Part shown: positions 9,399 through 18,467 of the stretch, one piece after another | Position numbering within the stretch: the first letter of the stretch is position 1 | Layout: every line of letters starts with the position of its first letter | Assembly (NCBI GenBank): GCA_947462815.1 | Contig: CANHQR010000014.1 | Span: 800 to 64,799, forward strand | Length of the DNA stretch: 64,000 nucleotides | Source: Pseudobdellovibrionaceae bacterium | GTDB lineage: Bacteria > Bdellovibrionota > Bdellovibrionia > Bdellovibrionales > JAMPXM01 | Direction: 5' to 3' | The notes under the pieces: generated by a model | The model's input: only the letters and a program-made list of their open reading frames with translations | Databases searched by the model: none | Told to the model about the DNA's origin: nothing | Made by a program: the position numbers and the translations under genes

Positions 9399-10091
9399 AT
9401 GCGTGTTTATGACATTAGCCCGCTCATCAGCTCTCGCTTGGGAGTTTTCCCCGGGGATCAAAAATTTGAGCGCCACGTCGTCATGAGCTTTGCGGCGGGT
9501 CATCATCTGGAGCTCTCGCGGATCACCAGCACTTTGCATCTTGGCGCCCACGCGGATTCTCCGGGTCATTATTCCGCCGAAGGTGGGGGCATACATGCGG
9601 TTGACGTCCGCCGTTATCTCGGGCCATGCATGGTGGTGGATGCACTTCATGCGCGAGGCCGGCGCGTGGGGTGGCAGGATCTTGATGATGAAGCGCGAGA
9701 GATGTTGACCTCGCCAACACCAAGAGTCCTGGTTCGCACCCTGAGCTTTCCAGATCCCGAGAAATGGAATTCGGATTTTGCGAGTTTTGAGCCGGAGTTT
9801 TTGGAAGATTTGGCCTCTTCGGGTGTGCAGCTGGTCGGTATCGATACGCCATCCGTCGATCCCGAGACCTCGAAAGATCTTCCCGCCCATGCAATGCTGG
9901 CTCGCTACCAAATGAGTGTGTTGGAAGGGTTGATGTTGGGAAGTGTCGTGCAGGGAACTTATGTTCTTGTGGCGGCGCCGTTGAAAATTGAGGGTGCCGA
10001 TTCCGGACCTTGTCGCGCGCTCTTGTTGGAAAGCGAGATTTGGACGATGGATAATCTCGGCGAAATCAAAGAAGTCGTGAAACCCTCATGA
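9399..10091 (+). CDS. kynB: kynurenine formamidase (cyclase family)
   Basis: The cyclase/arylformamidase metal motif is STLHLGAHADSPGHY. The sequence LVGIDTPSVDP is also present, and the length of about 230 aa fits the family. Confidence 0.8.
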   Translation: MRVYDISPLISSRLGVFPGDQKFERHVVMSFAAGHHLELSRITSTLHLGAHADSPGHYSAEGGGIHAVDVRRYLGPCMVVDALHARGRRVGWQDLDDEAREMLTSPTPRVLVRTLSFPDPEKWNSDFASFEPEFLEDLASSGVQLVGIDTPSVDPETSKDLPAHAMLARYQMSVLEGLMLGSVVQGTYVLVAAPLKIEGADSGPCRALLLESEIWTMDNLGEIKEVVKPS

Positions 10092-10798
10092 GTCGGCTTT
10101 TGAAACGAGTCCTGGGTGCGATCGAGCACCACGGGGCCTTGCTCGTGTTTCCGCTCAATAATCGTCCCCAGCCTCTCGCCTTGTGGCATGTGTTGTTTCC
10201 GGATCAGCCTATGAATTGGGAGTGGTCAAACGACGGCGACGATCAAGTCGTTCAGATGTGGCATCTTCGCCGCGAACTGATGGAGAGCGGTCAGATTTAC
10301 TATGGGAAGTTGTTTCGTGGACGGGCCACGGTGTTGTCGCTGTCCGCCTTTGAAGCGGCTTGGAGGCTCACCCAATCGCATCGTGAATTGGGCTTAGTCG
10401 GTGAGGCGAGTGAGATCGCGGAGCTTCTCGACTTCGACTCGCCACTTTCTACGAAGCAACTGAAGTCCGGGACGGAGTTGATGGGTCGAGATAACGAGGC
10501 CCGATTCAACTCGGCCATGAAGAAACTTTGGAGTCATTTGTGGATTGCGGGAGTCGGCGAGGTCGACGAAGGTGCTTTCCCCAGCCTCTCGCACGCTTGG
10601 ACCGCGAGTGTATTGGAGGAGTCTTGCCGAAGAGGTGAGAGGTTGAGTGAAGATCTGTCCCGCGACCTGTGGGAAGATTTGGCCAACGGGCGTGAGCTGC
10701 TCTCTCGACTTTCTCCTTCCGGTGGGACGAAGATTGAGCAGTCGAAGCCCAGACTTCGGCAAGATCAAAGTCGAGTGAAGAAGAAGAGCCCGCGCTAG
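10088..10798 (+). CDS. hypothetical protein (possibly AlkZ/YcaQ-related winged-helix fold; weak)
   Basis: The ATG overlaps the kynB stop (ATGA at 10088-10091). It is a 236-aa soluble protein, and the resemblance to the AlkZ-related family is by recollection only. Confidence 0.45.
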   Translation: MSRLLKRVLGAIEHHGALLVFPLNNRPQPLALWHVLFPDQPMNWEWSNDGDDQVVQMWHLRRELMESGQIYYGKLFRGRATVLSLSAFEAAWRLTQSHRELGLVGEASEIAELLDFDSPLSTKQLKSGTELMGRDNEARFNSAMKKLWSHLWIAGVGEVDEGAFPSLSHAWTASVLEESCRRGERLSEDLSRDLWEDLANGRELLSRLSPSGGTKIEQSKPRLRQDQSRVKKKSPR

Positions 10799-10883
10799 GC
10801 CGAATGGAGTCAGTCAAGCCGAGCGAGGATTCGAATCTCGATCGCGATTCTCATCACTCAGCTGGACTCCGACGTGCATCAAT

Positions 10884-11924
10884 TTGAGCCGAAACGAAAA
10901 GGTGCGTTTCGGTGCAGCTCTGGTCCTTGTGGCCATCATCGTTATTTCTGCAAGTGTCATGGCGATCTGGGGTCGGCATCGATTGCGTGCGCAGTGGGAA
11001 GCTGACCAACAAGCGCAGTGGTTGTGCGAGGTCGCGACGGCTCTACGCAAAGAATACGATCACGAGTTTGAGATCTGGTCGAGCCTCGAGGAAGATCTAC
11101 TTCTTCGGCGTCTTTGGGAGCGCGAGCTGGAAGTGGTCCGATGGCCTCAGCTTGAGGTTTGGGTGGGTGTGCTCGATGATGATCGCCCTCGGTTGAACTT
11201 TGCACCACCGAGAGATCAGTATCATTCGAATCATTTTTCTCCAAATTTGGCGGCCTCAAATTTGGTTTCCTCAAATTTGGCGAAAAGCGACGACCATCGC
11301 ATTCCTGGACAAACTCATCGGCAGCCGACACAAGTCGAAGCCGAGAAGGATGCAGCGACTTCCGAAGTGTTTCGGGGACCTGCACCGACGCCTTGGACGC
11401 CATTGCCGATCGGGGATTTTGGCCGTCGCCTCAGGCTCTGGTCCCAAAATCTTACGACAAGTTTTCCTTGTCCAACTTGGGGTGTACCGCTTTGGCTATC
11501 GGCTTTCAAAGCACGTTGGTCAGTCGATCGTGATGCTTTGAGAGGTCCAGAGAGGGAAGTGCCCAAATTGGCGAGCCTCCAAGGGCCAGATCTCAAACAC
11601 CTGCACAGTCAACGCGAGCTCTTGGAGAAAACCTACCGCGAGGATGTCGAGTCGTACTGCCGAGTCGATCATTCGGTCGCTCGCGCGCGCGAGCGAGTTC
11701 GTTTGATTCAGGAGCGTTGTGCGGTCCGCGATCCGGCTTCGAAGCCGTTGGTGAAGATTCAAGGCTCGGAACGAAGGCCCGATCGCTGTGGACTGGCCCA
11801 GGCCCGAGCTCTCACCACGAAGCGTGAGCTCGAAAATCAGAGAATTGAATCGGAAAGAAAGTTCTTCGAGAAGTGGCAGGTTTGGCGCATGAAGACGCCT
11901 CCCACCTGTGCGACCGCTTCATAA
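10884..11924 (+). CDS. hypothetical membrane-anchored protein
   Basis: It has a TTG start and an N-terminal TM segment (FGAALVLVAIIVISASVMAIW). It contains the 3x15-bp repeat encoding SPNLAASNLVSSNLAKS. Confidence 0.4.
   Translation: MSRNEKVRFGAALVLVAIIVISASVMAIWGRHRLRAQWEADQQAQWLCEVATALRKEYDHEFEIWSSLEEDLLLRRLWERELEVVRWPQLEVWVGVLDDDRPRLNFAPPRDQYHSNHFSPNLAASNLVSSNLAKSDDHRIPGQTHRQPTQVEAEKDAATSEVFRGPAPTPWTPLPIGDFGRRLRLWSQNLTTSFPCPTWGVPLWLSAFKARWSVDRDALRGPEREVPKLASLQGPDLKHLHSQRELLEKTYREDVESYCRVDHSVARARERVRLIQERCAVRDPASKPLVKIQGSERRPDRCGLAQARALTTKRELENQRIESERKFFEKWQVWRMKTPPTCATAS
11239..11283. repeat. 3 tandem 15-bp units, each with palindromic core CAAATTTG, inside a CDS
   Basis: The units are CTCCAAATTTGGCGG, CCTCAAATTTGGTTT and CCTCAAATTTGGCGA, read directly from the sequence. 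Confidence 0.9.
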
Positions 11925-12008
11925 TTCGCGACCAAAAAAATGCTTAAGAAATCGCGCGAGCGCATTCGCGAGGCGGAGACACACTCACTCGCGTATTCGC
12001 CAAAGACT

Positions 12009-13058
12009 TCACGGTGTCGTAGGTCGAGTCGGGACCGACAAAGTCTCTTCACGTTGCTTCGATTCATACAAATTCACGCTGAGGCCGACCGCCCAAGTGG
12101 TGTTCGTCAAAGATCGAAAGAGTGGCGAGAGTTCGTTCGCCGAATTCTTAAACCAGCTCTGGCTGACGGCAAAAAAAAGATTCGCTTTGGGGAGAGTGTG
12201 AATGAATGCCAAACTGAGATTTGACCCTGAGTAGCCGCCTCGAGCTTCATAGGCGGGTCGTTCCGCAGTGGCGAATTGGGGCGCAACTGTATAGTAGTAA
12301 CCGGCCACTCCCGCATCGTAGACGTCCAAAGAGTATTCCAGGATCCACTTCCAAACTGCGGAACGTCGACGCTCCCATTGAATGGAGGGCTCTGTGGCCC
12401 AGCCACGTGCCGCCGCTCGACCAACTCCTCGCTCTGGATCTGCACTGAATACTCCTCGAACAGGGAGACTGAATCGCAGCCGATCGCGACCGTTGAAGAG
12501 GCGTAGCCGATAAGAAACGCGCGGTCCAAGTTCAGCGATCCACTCCAGCGGCGGCATGCCTCGACGAGTGACATTTTCATTGGCGCCGACCGGGAAGGCG
12601 CCTGAGCCTGAGAGGTCGACTTCCCAAGTTCCTGTCGCCCAAGATCCGACAGGAAGCAGGCGCTGGAGGAATCGAGCGCGAGTGCCCTCATCGTCCGCAC
12701 GCAGTATACGTCCTCGATAGCTGAAAGTGGGAATCACGAGAGCTCGCATCGAGACTTGATCAGCCGCCGGGTAATGCGGCACCACGCCGCCGCCGCCGCC
12801 AAGACCCAAAGACCAAATCGCTCGAGCTTCATCCTGGCTTGGAATTTGGGGCGAGGATTCCGGAATTGGTCTGGACGAATCTGGCGTGGATTCGGTGGTG
12901 TGAGCCGACGATGCCGAGGGCTCTTCGGAGTGTGCGGCGAACCCCACGGCGCCCAACATCAGCGAGAGAAAAATCCGGATCACCCAACTCAATCGCTGAA
13001 GTTGAGGGAGGAGTTCTCGCGAATCGGCTTCTTCGAAGTCATCGTGATTGCGAAACAT
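12009..13058 (-). CDS. MipA/OmpV-family outer membrane protein
   Basis: The signal-like N-terminus is LSWVIRIFLSLMLGAVGFAAHS. The stretch GLGGGGGVVPHYPAADQVSMRALVIPTFSYRGRILRADDEG resembles the MipA scaffold family, followed by beta-strand-rich sequence. Confidence 0.55.
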   Translation of the reverse strand: MFRNHDDFEEADSRELLPQLQRLSWVIRIFLSLMLGAVGFAAHSEEPSASSAHTTESTPDSSRPIPESSPQIPSQDEARAIWSLGLGGGGGVVPHYPAADQVSMRALVIPTFSYRGRILRADDEGTRARFLQRLLPVGSWATGTWEVDLSGSGAFPVGANENVTRRGMPPLEWIAELGPRVSYRLRLFNGRDRLRFSLPVRGVFSADPERGVGRAAARGWATEPSIQWERRRSAVWKWILEYSLDVYDAGVAGYYYTVAPQFATAERPAYEARGGYSGSNLSLAFIHTLPKANLFFAVSQSWFKNSANELSPLFRSLTNTTWAVGLSVNLYESKQREETLSVPTRPTTP

Positions 13059-13230
13059 AACACTTCCATCCCACCGACTTTTCAGAATGGACTCAAGCTT
13101 TATTCAGGTTTGAATTGCAGCCGCAATGAGAAATGACCCCAAAGCGCGTTGTCGAAGCTCGCGCTGGAGTTGGTCGAGTTCTGATTGTCGAGCTCGTGTC
13201 CCCCGGGCCGGAGCTATGTAAGATGGAGGC

Positions 13231-15096
13231 ATGCTTCGTCTTGTCGATCGAATTCTCGGGAGCTCTTGTCTGGCAAATCTGATGTCGCCCATTTTGATGC
13301 GGCCTATTTCGACACGGTCGCCTAGATCGTTACGATTGCCCAGATCGTTCCGATTCATTGACCTGCCTCTGATTGTTGCTCTGGCTTTGCTCCCGCTTTC
13401 GGCAGGAAAAGCGGCGAATGCGCCGACGCCGGGCAAATCGGTGCGAGAAAAGCCCGGTCGTTGTGACAAGCCCGGAGCGACGACCCTGCTTCGCGATGGT
13501 TATATGCTGCAAGCGGACGGTAATTCCGAAGACGCTCTGAAAACCTACCAAGCCTGTGTCAAAGCTGACCCCAATTGTGCTGACTGCTGGTATGAGATGG
13601 GTTGGTCCTATTGGAAGTTGGGGGATTGGTCGGAGGTTTTGCGGGTCTGGAAGCAGACTTTGATCTTAGATCCTCTGCATCCGGAAGTGCCGAGATTTCT
13701 CCCCACGGCGAAGGCGAATCAGTTGGCGATCGAACAAAAGGTTTTTCGCAAGGACCTCGCGCGTGGGGTGGAGCTGCAGAGTCAATCATCGCCGCCGGAT
13801 GCGCCCGTTAAGCTCACCTATGTGAGCCGCTGGCAAAGTTATAATAAAAATGCTGAGGATCCACTTGATCGCTTTGATCTGAATATTGATTCCCCCAAGT
13901 CGGTGAACTTTTCGCCGGATTCAAAAGTGGTCATGGTCAACTCGCTGGAAGGCGCTAAAACCGTCGTCTTCAATGCGTCAGGGACTGAAAAGCTCGGAGT
14001 TGTGGCGCATCGGTTTTCGGGACGCTCGCCCGATTTGAATTTGTTTTCCTCGATACCACCCTTTGATTACAAATTTCCCTTGCAACCCAAAAAGCTCCAA
14101 CAATTTGTCGGTAAGCCCGTCGAGGGACAGTTCACTCACGGCGGGAAATACTTTTGGGTGCCGTACTATCGGCGCAGTTGGGATCAAATGAGCCAATGGC
14201 CCTCCGCCATGGCGGTGATCGATGTGAGCACGCGTCGCATACGTCGAGTGTTTCACACGGGACCGATTGGCAAATATGTGCGAGTTTCTCCTGATGGCCG
14301 AAAGCTCGCGGTGTCTCATTGGGGAGATAACACCGTCGGAATTTGGAATATCGAGGGAGATGAGCCCTCGAGTTGGAAGGAAGAGCGCCTCTTGATTGTC
14401 GAAAGGCGCCTTGCGGGAAAAGAAATGCAGGGCGACCGGGACAAGAACTGTGGCTACTGTATTCGAGGCCTCGCCTTCACTCCCGACTCGCGCTTTCTGA
14501 TGGTTGGTCGGATGCGAAAAGGGGGCTTGAGTTTTTTTGATCTGACGCGTCCCGATCAGCGAGAGATTCTGACGGTTGATGGTCTGGCACCAGGGCCTCG
14601 AGATCTCCATGTGAGTCACGATGGCAAATATCTCTATATCTCTTGTAATCTGACAGGCTATGTGTGGCGCGTGCCGCTGAATTCGCTGATGAAGCTCGTG
14701 CATCAACAAGCCCAGCGATCTCCAGCGGAGAAGGCATCGGCCCCTCGCCATATCGAAATTGAGGCCAAAGATGTGGGGGCGAGCAAAGCCTTTGTGGGGT
14801 TAGGCGTTCGCAGCATAAAACTTTCGCCCCATGACGACTACGTCTTCGCAGCCGTCAATCAAACGAGTGAGGTCGTCGTTGTGCGCACCAAAGACATGAC
14901 GCTCGTATCGCGGATCACGGTGGACTCATATCCGGTCGGCTTAGATCTTTCGCCCGACGGAGCTCAGCTTTGGGTCACGGCGCAAGGTCGTGAGGCCAAG
15001 GGCGGCAACTCCGTTGGAATTCTCGAGGTCCGCTACGCTTATGCGGATGTTATCAAAAAAACTGATATTCGATCAGCCGAGCCTAAGGCGCCGTGA
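13231..15096 (+). CDS. secreted TPR plus beta-propeller (YncE/YVTN-like) repeat protein
   Basis: The TPR-like segment is ALKTYQACVKADPNCADCWYEMGWSYWKLGDWSEVLRVWKQTLILDP. Repeated propeller-blade motifs follow (VSPDGRKLAVSHWGDNTVGIW, FTPDSRFLMV, VSHDGKYLYIS, LSPDGAQLWVTAQG). Confidence 0.6.
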   Translation: MLRLVDRILGSSCLANLMSPILMRPISTRSPRSLRLPRSFRFIDLPLIVALALLPLSAGKAANAPTPGKSVREKPGRCDKPGATTLLRDGYMLQADGNSEDALKTYQACVKADPNCADCWYEMGWSYWKLGDWSEVLRVWKQTLILDPLHPEVPRFLPTAKANQLAIEQKVFRKDLARGVELQSQSSPPDAPVKLTYVSRWQSYNKNAEDPLDRFDLNIDSPKSVNFSPDSKVVMVNSLEGAKTVVFNASGTEKLGVVAHRFSGRSPDLNLFSSIPPFDYKFPLQPKKLQQFVGKPVEGQFTHGGKYFWVPYYRRSWDQMSQWPSAMAVIDVSTRRIRRVFHTGPIGKYVRVSPDGRKLAVSHWGDNTVGIWNIEGDEPSSWKEERLLIVERRLAGKEMQGDRDKNCGYCIRGLAFTPDSRFLMVGRMRKGGLSFFDLTRPDQREILTVDGLAPGPRDLHVSHDGKYLYISCNLTGYVWRVPLNSLMKLVHQQAQRSPAEKASAPRHIEIEAKDVGASKAFVGLGVRSIKLSPHDDYVFAAVNQTSEVVVVRTKDMTLVSRITVDSYPVGLDLSPDGAQLWVTAQGREAKGGNSVGILEVRYAYADVIKKTDIRSAEPKAP

Positions 15097-16171
15097 AGTT
15101 CATCCGCCGCGTCAGGCTTTCTGGAAGTCTTGGCAGCTTGGATCTGGGAATGAGGAAGGTGGCGAGATTGAAAAGATCAGCGAACACGCGATGCTTTTCT
15201 GTCGCGGCCTTCAGGTACTGAGCTCCACTCGAACCGCCGGTGCCGATCTTTGAGCCCAGCATCCGATGCGCCATCAACGAGTGGCGATACCGCCATTGAG
15301 TCATCAATTCGTCGAGATCTTGAAGTTTGGTGAGCAACTGGAAGGGCAAAGAGAAAATGGGTTGGTCGCGATACAGCAGAATCAACAGCGCAGCCTGCAA
15401 AGCCTCATGTGAGAGTCGGAAGTGACCTTGCGTTCTCAGTTCAGCATAAAGCTTGGCATCAAAGAGAGCGTTGAAGACCTTCTCCGTCTCATCAATGCTT
15501 TTGAGGTTACGCTCGCGATCCTCATCGGATTTGGCATGGCGGCGCACGGCCTCGCGGTCTTGTTGCAGGAGTTCGCGGACGGCTTTGCCATAGACTGTGG
15601 CAAAGTCGAAGTCTTGAGTTTTCAGAAATGGTGTTCGCGTTAGCCATTCGTCAACACGATCAAACAAGGACGGTTCAGCCTCGGCCTGCTTCATTCGCGT
15701 GGCCTCAGCCTCATTGACGTAAGCATGGTAGGGAACGGCATTATAGGTGAGGCGCTGATCGCGCTTGAGGCCCAGTTTGTTTTCCAAGAGACGCCACTGC
15801 GTCGACTGAAAGCCGCTTGCGGGATAAAGCATGTCGCGAAAGTCGAGGAAGTCCAAAGGTGTCATGGTCTCCATCACACTGACCTGATCAACCAAGAGCT
15901 TGTGAATCTCGACCATGCGACTGAGTCGGTGAACCGCCATCAGCATGGATTCTTCGGGGATGGGATTGGCCGCAAAAATCTGCAGAACAGAGTCGAGTTC
16001 GTGGAGCATTTGTTTGAACCAAAGCTCATAGGTTTGGTGGACGATGATGAAGAGCATCTCGTCGTGAGCTTTCTTTCCGAATTCTTCGCTGCGAAGCTTT
16101 TGTTGATTCAGCAGATCATTCGTTTTCAAATAGTCGGCATAGGAGATCGGTGGATAAGTGGTCGATGACAT
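15083..16171 (-). CDS. kynA: tryptophan 2,3-dioxygenase
   Basis: The N-terminus YADYLKTNDLLNQQKL...HDEMLFIIVHQTYELWFKQMLHELD and the C-terminal GTGGSSGAQYL are canonical TDO motifs. Confidence 0.9.
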   Translation of the reverse strand: MSSTTYPPISYADYLKTNDLLNQQKLRSEEFGKKAHDEMLFIIVHQTYELWFKQMLHELDSVLQIFAANPIPEESMLMAVHRLSRMVEIHKLLVDQVSVMETMTPLDFLDFRDMLYPASGFQSTQWRLLENKLGLKRDQRLTYNAVPYHAYVNEAEATRMKQAEAEPSLFDRVDEWLTRTPFLKTQDFDFATVYGKAVRELLQQDREAVRRHAKSDEDRERNLKSIDETEKVFNALFDAKLYAELRTQGHFRLSHEALQAALLILLYRDQPIFSLPFQLLTKLQDLDELMTQWRYRHSLMAHRMLGSKIGTGGSSGAQYLKAATEKHRVFADLFNLATFLIPRSKLPRLPESLTRRMNFTAP

Positions 16172-16307
16172 AAGTTTCCTCCTAGCGAATCGCTCTCGCT
16201 ACGAGCATGGACGAAGTCGCGATCGAGGTCACTAACGCGCCGCGATTCCCGAGAGCCGTCAAATTCAAAGCAACTCCATCGGAGGCCAATTCCGAACAGA
16301 GAGGTGA

Positions 16308-16571
16308 GTGATTGTGGCAAACTTAGAAGCTTTAACCTGGGCGGCCTCAATCTTTTGTGCCCTGGGCGCCATCGTCTTTGTGTTGAAGGAACGCGCGAGT
16401 CTGTTGCGCAGTCGATTGTTTCTTCCGATCTATTCGGCGGGCATTCTGCAATGGGTGCTGTTTGGATTTTATGACAAAAATTGGGGTTTAGTTTTGCCCA
16501 GTCTTCTGCAGTTGATCGTGTTGATGACGGCTTTTCCCGGGTGGGTTCGGGAGCAAAGGAGGCGCTCATGA
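16308..16571 (+). CDS. small 3-TM membrane protein (SemiSWEET/PQ-loop-like architecture), paralog A
   Basis: GTG 16308 follows GAGAGG. It is 87 aa with three predicted TM helices and shares AxIFC, W..G and SLLQL motifs with the next gene. Confidence 0.5.
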   Translation: MIVANLEALTWAASIFCALGAIVFVLKERASLLRSRLFLPIYSAGILQWVLFGFYDKNWGLVLPSLLQLIVLMTAFPGWVREQRRRS

Positions 16572-16822
16572 TCCATTCCTTCTTTGCGGCCATCTTTTGT
16601 ACCATGGCGCTTTTGGCTCTGGTTCGGGATGTAGCGAAAGGCGAACTTGTAGGGGTTCAGCCGCCCAAGCTGTTTGCTGCCCTCTATGGCTTTGGCGTGG
16701 TGATTTGGCTCGTGATCGGGATTCGGGAGGAGGAGTATCCTCTCATCGGCATTTCGCTTCTGCAGTTGGTTGCTCCTGGGGTGATCTTAATGCTGCGTTC
16801 GCGTCCGCGAGGTGAAACATGA
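16568..16822 (+). CDS. small 3-TM membrane protein, paralog B
   Basis: ATG 16568 overlaps the upstream stop (ATGA). The 84-aa product is MIHSFFAAIFCTMALLALV...LYGFGVVIWLVIGI...ISLLQLVAPGVILML. Confidence 0.5.
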   Translation: MIHSFFAAIFCTMALLALVRDVAKGELVGVQPPKLFAALYGFGVVIWLVIGIREEEYPLIGISLLQLVAPGVILMLRSRPRGET

Positions 16823-17358
16823 AGTTTCAGCCAGCCAAAGGCAGTGAGAGGTTTGCAGCTTGGTTACTCGATTTCGTGTTTTGTTTATCCGTGATCACGA
16901 CTTTGCATCGACTCACGATGTGGCTGTGGCCGATCTATGGTGAAGTTCATCTCGCCCCCATGCAGCTCTACACTGCTCGGGATTGGGACGCCTTCGTGTT
17001 TTTTTCTTCGATCTCGCTCGCCTTCTTGCCGATCTACCATATGGTCTTGCCGCTGACTCGACTACGCGCCACTTTGGGACCCTGGTGTGTGGGGCTTCGG
17101 CTCTGTCGCCCAAATGGCGAAGCTTTGACCTGGCCGTCGAGTTTGTTGCGCACCCTCGGAGCCTTGGTGAAGTTTACTTTGGTGGTCTTTGTAGGTCCCT
17201 TGTTCGCGCTTTTTGATTGGCCGATCGTGGGATCGATCGCTGGATTAGGCGTGGCGATCTACGTCTTTGTGGTCTTACCGATCACGGCATGGATGCAACC
17301 GGATGGAGCAGGCATTTGGGAGAGATGGCTTCGCTACCGAGTCGCCCGGGTGGAATGA
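16819..17358 (+). CDS. RDD-family membrane protein
   Basis: ATG 16819 overlaps the upstream stop (ATGA). The N-terminal RFAAWLLDFVF and the central ATLGPWCVGLRLCRPNGEALTWPSSLLRTLG match the RDD domain pattern. Confidence 0.65.
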   Translation: MKFQPAKGSERFAAWLLDFVFCLSVITTLHRLTMWLWPIYGEVHLAPMQLYTARDWDAFVFFSSISLAFLPIYHMVLPLTRLRATLGPWCVGLRLCRPNGEALTWPSSLLRTLGALVKFTLVVFVGPLFALFDWPIVGSIAGLGVAIYVFVVLPITAWMQPDGAGIWERWLRYRVARVE

Positions 17359-17369
17359 AGCGCGAAGCC

Positions 17370-18452
17370 TTAGCCTTCGTTGTTGGTCTCCGCAAGACGG
17401 CGCACGGTATCGAGAAACTCGTCAATGTGCTGGCTTTGGGTGCTCCATGAACACATGAGACGACACTCAAAGCTGCTCTCATCCCATACGTAGAAGAACG
17501 TGTGATCTCGCAGTGCCTTGATCCAGGCTCTCGGAAAAACGGCGAAGACCGAGTTCGCTTGTGTCTTCTGGGTGATCCGGACGGCGTTGATTTTTTCGAG
17601 GCCCTCGCGGAGTCGATCCGCCATCGAGCAAGCTTGACCGGCCCAGGTCGTCCAATTGGGACGCGAGAGGGGCTGTCCGAGCAAATCCTTGTCATCGAGT
17701 AACGCCAGAAATTGCGCGGCGATGAATCGGGTTTTGCTAGGAAGTTGCATGAGTTGCTTGCGAACGAAGGCGAATTCGTTGGCCGCTTGTCGTGAAGTAG
17801 GGGATAGAAACAGCACGGCCTCGCCAAACACCAACGCGTTTTTGGTGCCGCCAAAACTCAACACATCGACGCCCTCGGTGAGTTCACGAAAGTTCTCCGT
17901 TCCCCATCGATGAGCGGCCACGACGAGTCGGGCGCCGTCCATGTGCAACCAAAGTCCTTCACTTTGGCAGAACTCAGCGAGCTCCCGAAGCTCTGCACGC
18001 GAGTAAAGAGTTCCGACTTCAGTCGGTTGGGTGATCGATACGGCCTTCACTTGGGAATGATGCTGGTCCCCCTTGCGAATGAGATGCGGTCGAAGATCGT
18101 CGACTCGTAACTTTCCGTCGAGCGCCTCAATCGCCAAAAGCTTACCGCCCCACACGCGCTCGGGGGCTCCGCATTCATCGACATGGAGATGTGACATTGA
18201 ACTGACCAAAACCGAGTGATGCGACCGTAGGAGCGCAGCGAGCGAGAGGACATTCGCTGCGGTGCCATTGAATACAAAGTAAGCTTTGGTCTCTGGACCA
18301 AAGAGCTTCCGCCACATTTCATCACAACGTTGGGTGAGCTGGTCAGTGCCATAGGCCGGTGCAAACCCCGAGTTGGCGCATTGCAGAGCCTGCCATACGG
18401 CGTCGGGGACTCCAGAATGATTATCGCTACCGAAACCTCTTGATGCGAACAT
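17370..18452 (-). CDS. ltaE: low-specificity L-threonine aldolase (beta-eliminating lyase family)
   Basis: The motifs are FGSDNHSGVPDAVWQAL, FNGTAANVLSL, HMDGARL and SFGGTKNALVFGEAVLF (PLP-Lys region). Confidence 0.8.
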   Translation of the reverse strand: MFASRGFGSDNHSGVPDAVWQALQCANSGFAPAYGTDQLTQRCDEMWRKLFGPETKAYFVFNGTAANVLSLAALLRSHHSVLVSSMSHLHVDECGAPERVWGGKLLAIEALDGKLRVDDLRPHLIRKGDQHHSQVKAVSITQPTEVGTLYSRAELRELAEFCQSEGLWLHMDGARLVVAAHRWGTENFRELTEGVDVLSFGGTKNALVFGEAVLFLSPTSRQAANEFAFVRKQLMQLPSKTRFIAAQFLALLDDKDLLGQPLSRPNWTTWAGQACSMADRLREGLEKINAVRITQKTQANSVFAVFPRAWIKALRDHTFFYVWDESSFECRLMCSWSTQSQHIDEFLDTVRRLAETNNEG

Positions 18453-18467
18453 GAGTCGCGTCCCCTT

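Noticed and set aside
10805-10860. A tRNA-like T-arm string (CGAGGATTCGAATCTCG on plus, GAGATTCGAATCCTC on minus) that could mark a tRNA gene or an att remnant.
   Set aside because: No 7-bp acceptor partner, D-arm or anticodon arm can be built at tRNA spacing. The G53-C61-type closing pair is also missing. At most it is a degenerate fragment, and no integrase or island signature is nearby.
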